A stretch of DNA of 64,000 nt from the NCBI GenBank assembly GCA_032718475.1, contig JAUCBJ010007776.1:1-64000 (forward strand), given 5' to 3'. This document shows, in pieces, positions 61,441 through 64,000 of the stretch. The notes under the pieces were generated by a model. That model was not told the DNA's origin. It was given only the letters and a program-made list of their open reading frames with translations, and searched no databases. The translations under genes and the position numbers were made by a program. Numbering within the stretch: position 1 is the first letter of the stretch; each line of letters starts with the position of its first letter. The DNA is from Nemertoderma westbladi (taxonomy: Eukaryota > Animalia > Xenacoelomorpha).

Positions 61441-63657
61441 AAGTTACTTTGTAATTAACGTAAATCCGCGTTTTATACCACTTCCCGGATCCAGTAACAC
61501 TTTGTAATTAACGTAAATCCGCGTTTTACACCACTTCCCGGATCCAGTAACACTTTGTAATTAACGTAAATCCGCGTTTTATACCACTTCCCGGATCCAG
61601 TAACACTTTGTAATTAACGTAAATCCGCGTTTTACACCACTTCCCGGATCCAGTAAAACTTGGTAATTAACTTGAATCCGCGTTTTACACCGCTTCCTGG
61701 ATCCAGTGACATACTCAGTAATTAACGTAAATCCGTGTTTTACACCACTTCCCGGATCCAGTAACACTTTGTAATTAACGTAAATCCGCGTTTTACATCC
61801 CTTCCCGGATCCAGTAAAACTTGGTAATTAACTTGAATCAGCGTTTTACACTGCTTCCTGGATCCAGTAAAACTTGGTAATTAACTTGAATCCGCGTTTT
61901 ACATCCCTACCTGGATCCAGTAAAACTTGGTAATTAATTTGAATCCACGTATTACCCCGGATCCAGTTACATACTCAGTAATTAAAGTAAATCCGTGTTT
62001 CTTTACACCGCTTCCCAGATCCAGTGACATACTCAGTAATTAACGTAAACCCGTGTTTTACACCGCTTCCCGTATCCAGTGACATACTCAGTAATTAACG
62101 TAAATCCGTGTTTTACACCGCTTCCCGGATCCAGTGACATAATCAGTAATTAACGTAAACCCGTGTTTTACACCGCTTCCCGGATCCAGTGACATACTCA
62201 GTAATTAATGTAAACCCGTGTTTTACACCGCTTCCCGGATCCAGTGACATAATCAGTAATTAACGTAAATCAGTGTTTTACACCGCTTCCTGGATCCAGT
62301 AAAACTTGGTTATTAACTTGAATCCGCGTATTACCCCGCTTCCTGGATCCAGTGACATACTCAGTAATTAAAGTAAATCCGTGTTTTACACCGCTTCCCG
62401 GATCCAGTGACATACTCAGTAATTAACGTAAACCCGTGTTTTACACCGCTTCCCGGATCCAGTGACATAATCAGTAATTAATGTAAATCCGTGTTAGACA
62501 CCGCTTCCTGGATCCAGTGACATACTCAGTAATTAACGTAATCCGTGTTTTACACCGGTTCCCGGATCCAGTGACATACTCAGTAATTAACGTAAATCCG
62601 TGTTTTACACCGCTTCCCGGATCCAGTGACATACTCAGTAATTAACGTAAATCCGTGTTTTACACCGCTTCCCGGATCCAGTGACATACTCAGTAATTAA
62701 CATAAATCCGTGTTTTACACCGCTACCCGGATCCAGTGACATACTCAGTAATTAATGTAAATCCGTGTTTTACACCGCTTCCCGAATCCAGTGACATACT
62801 CAGTAATTAACGTAAATCCGTGTTTTACACCGCTTCCCGGATCCAGTGACATACTCAGTAATTAACGTAAATCTGTGTTTTACACCGCTTCCCGGATCCA
62901 GTGACATACTCAGTAATTAACGTAAATCCATGTTTTACACTGCTCCCCGGATCCAGTGACATACTCAGGAATTAATGTAAATCCGTGTTTTACACCGCTT
63001 CCCGGATCCAGTGACATGCTCAGTAATTAACATAAATCCATGTTTTACACCGCTTCCCGAATCCAGTGACATAATCAGTAATTAACGTAAATCCGTGTTT
63101 TACACCGCTTCCCGGATCCAGTGACATGCTCAGTAATTAACATAAATCCATGTTTTACACTGCTTCCCGAATCCAGTGACATAATCAGTAATTAACGTAA
63201 ATCCGTGTTTTACACCGCTTCCCGGATCCAGTGACATACTCAGTAATTAACGTAAATCCGTGTTTTACACCGCTTCCTGGATCCAGTGACATACTCAGTA
63301 ATTAAAGTAAATCCGTGTTTTACACCGCTTCCCGGATCCAGTGACATACTCAGTAATTAACGTAAATCCGTGTTTTACACCGCTTCCCGGATCCAGTGAC
63401 ATACTCAGTAATTAACGTAAATCCATGTTTTACACCGCTTCCCGGATCCAGTGACATACTCAGTAATTAACGTAAATCCGTGTTTTACACCGCTTCCCGG
63501 ATCCAGTGACATACTCAGTAATTAACGTAAATCCGTGTATTACACTGCTTCCCGAATCCAGTGACATACTCAGTAATTAAAGTAAATCCGTGTTTTACAC
63601 CGCTTCCCGGATCCAGTGACATGCTCAGTAATTAACGTAAATCCGTGTTTTACACTC
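61441..63657. repeat. ~55-bp satellite (cagtaattaacgtaaatccgtgttttacaccgcttcccggatccagtgacatact), about 40 copies
   Basis: Direct reading; slightly shorter variant units at the left end. No resemblance seen to the 12874-27665 55-mer. Confidence 0.95.
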
Positions 63658-63734
63658 CATACGCGTTTTATATTGCAATACGGATTTCGTATTTCAAATT
63701 CCGTATATTGCACTCAGTTTTAAGGATTGTATGT

Positions 63735-64000
63735 AAATCTGGATCTGCCTTTTACACTCGCAAATCCTGAATCCAGATCTGCGTTTTTCACTCGCACTTC
63801 CGGGTCCAGATCCGTATCCTGAATCCAGATCCGCGTTTTACACTCGCACTTCTGGGTCCAGATCCGTATCCTGAATCCAGATCCGCGTTTTACACTCGCA
63901 CTTCCGGGTCCAGATCCGTATCCTGAATCCAGATCCGCGTTTTACACTCGCACTTCCAGGTCCAGATCCGTATCCTGAATCCGGATCTGCGTTTTACACC
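63735..64000. repeat. 52-bp tandem repeat running off the window end
   Basis: Unit cactcgcacttccgggtccagatccgtatcctgaatccagatccgcgtttta; shares atccg.gttttacac with the preceding satellite. Confidence 0.9.

Overview
Repeat-dense eukaryotic DNA, probably from an invertebrate animal; the organism cannot be identified from this window. The only host gene I can support is a + strand guanylate kinase (two exons, 3454-3766 and 8471-8664; the P-loop exon is not in the window). Its 4.7 kb intron holds nested transposons. The rest is about a dozen minisatellite/satellite arrays (15-55 bp units, including a 14.8 kb 55-mer array), a near full-length decayed RTE-clade LINE with a target-site duplication (TSD), two BEL/Pao LTR retrotransposons that encode Gag-protease but no RT or integrase, solo or partial LTRs, and non-autonomous DNA elements. 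The most interesting signal is in the young 12 kb BEL element (36477-48499). It has no tRNA primer-binding site; instead the 11 nt right after its 5' LTR are exactly complementary to an 11-mer inside its own LTR, the layout of Tf1-type self-priming. All alignments were done by eye, with no database searches, so family names below superfamily level and copy numbers are approximate.
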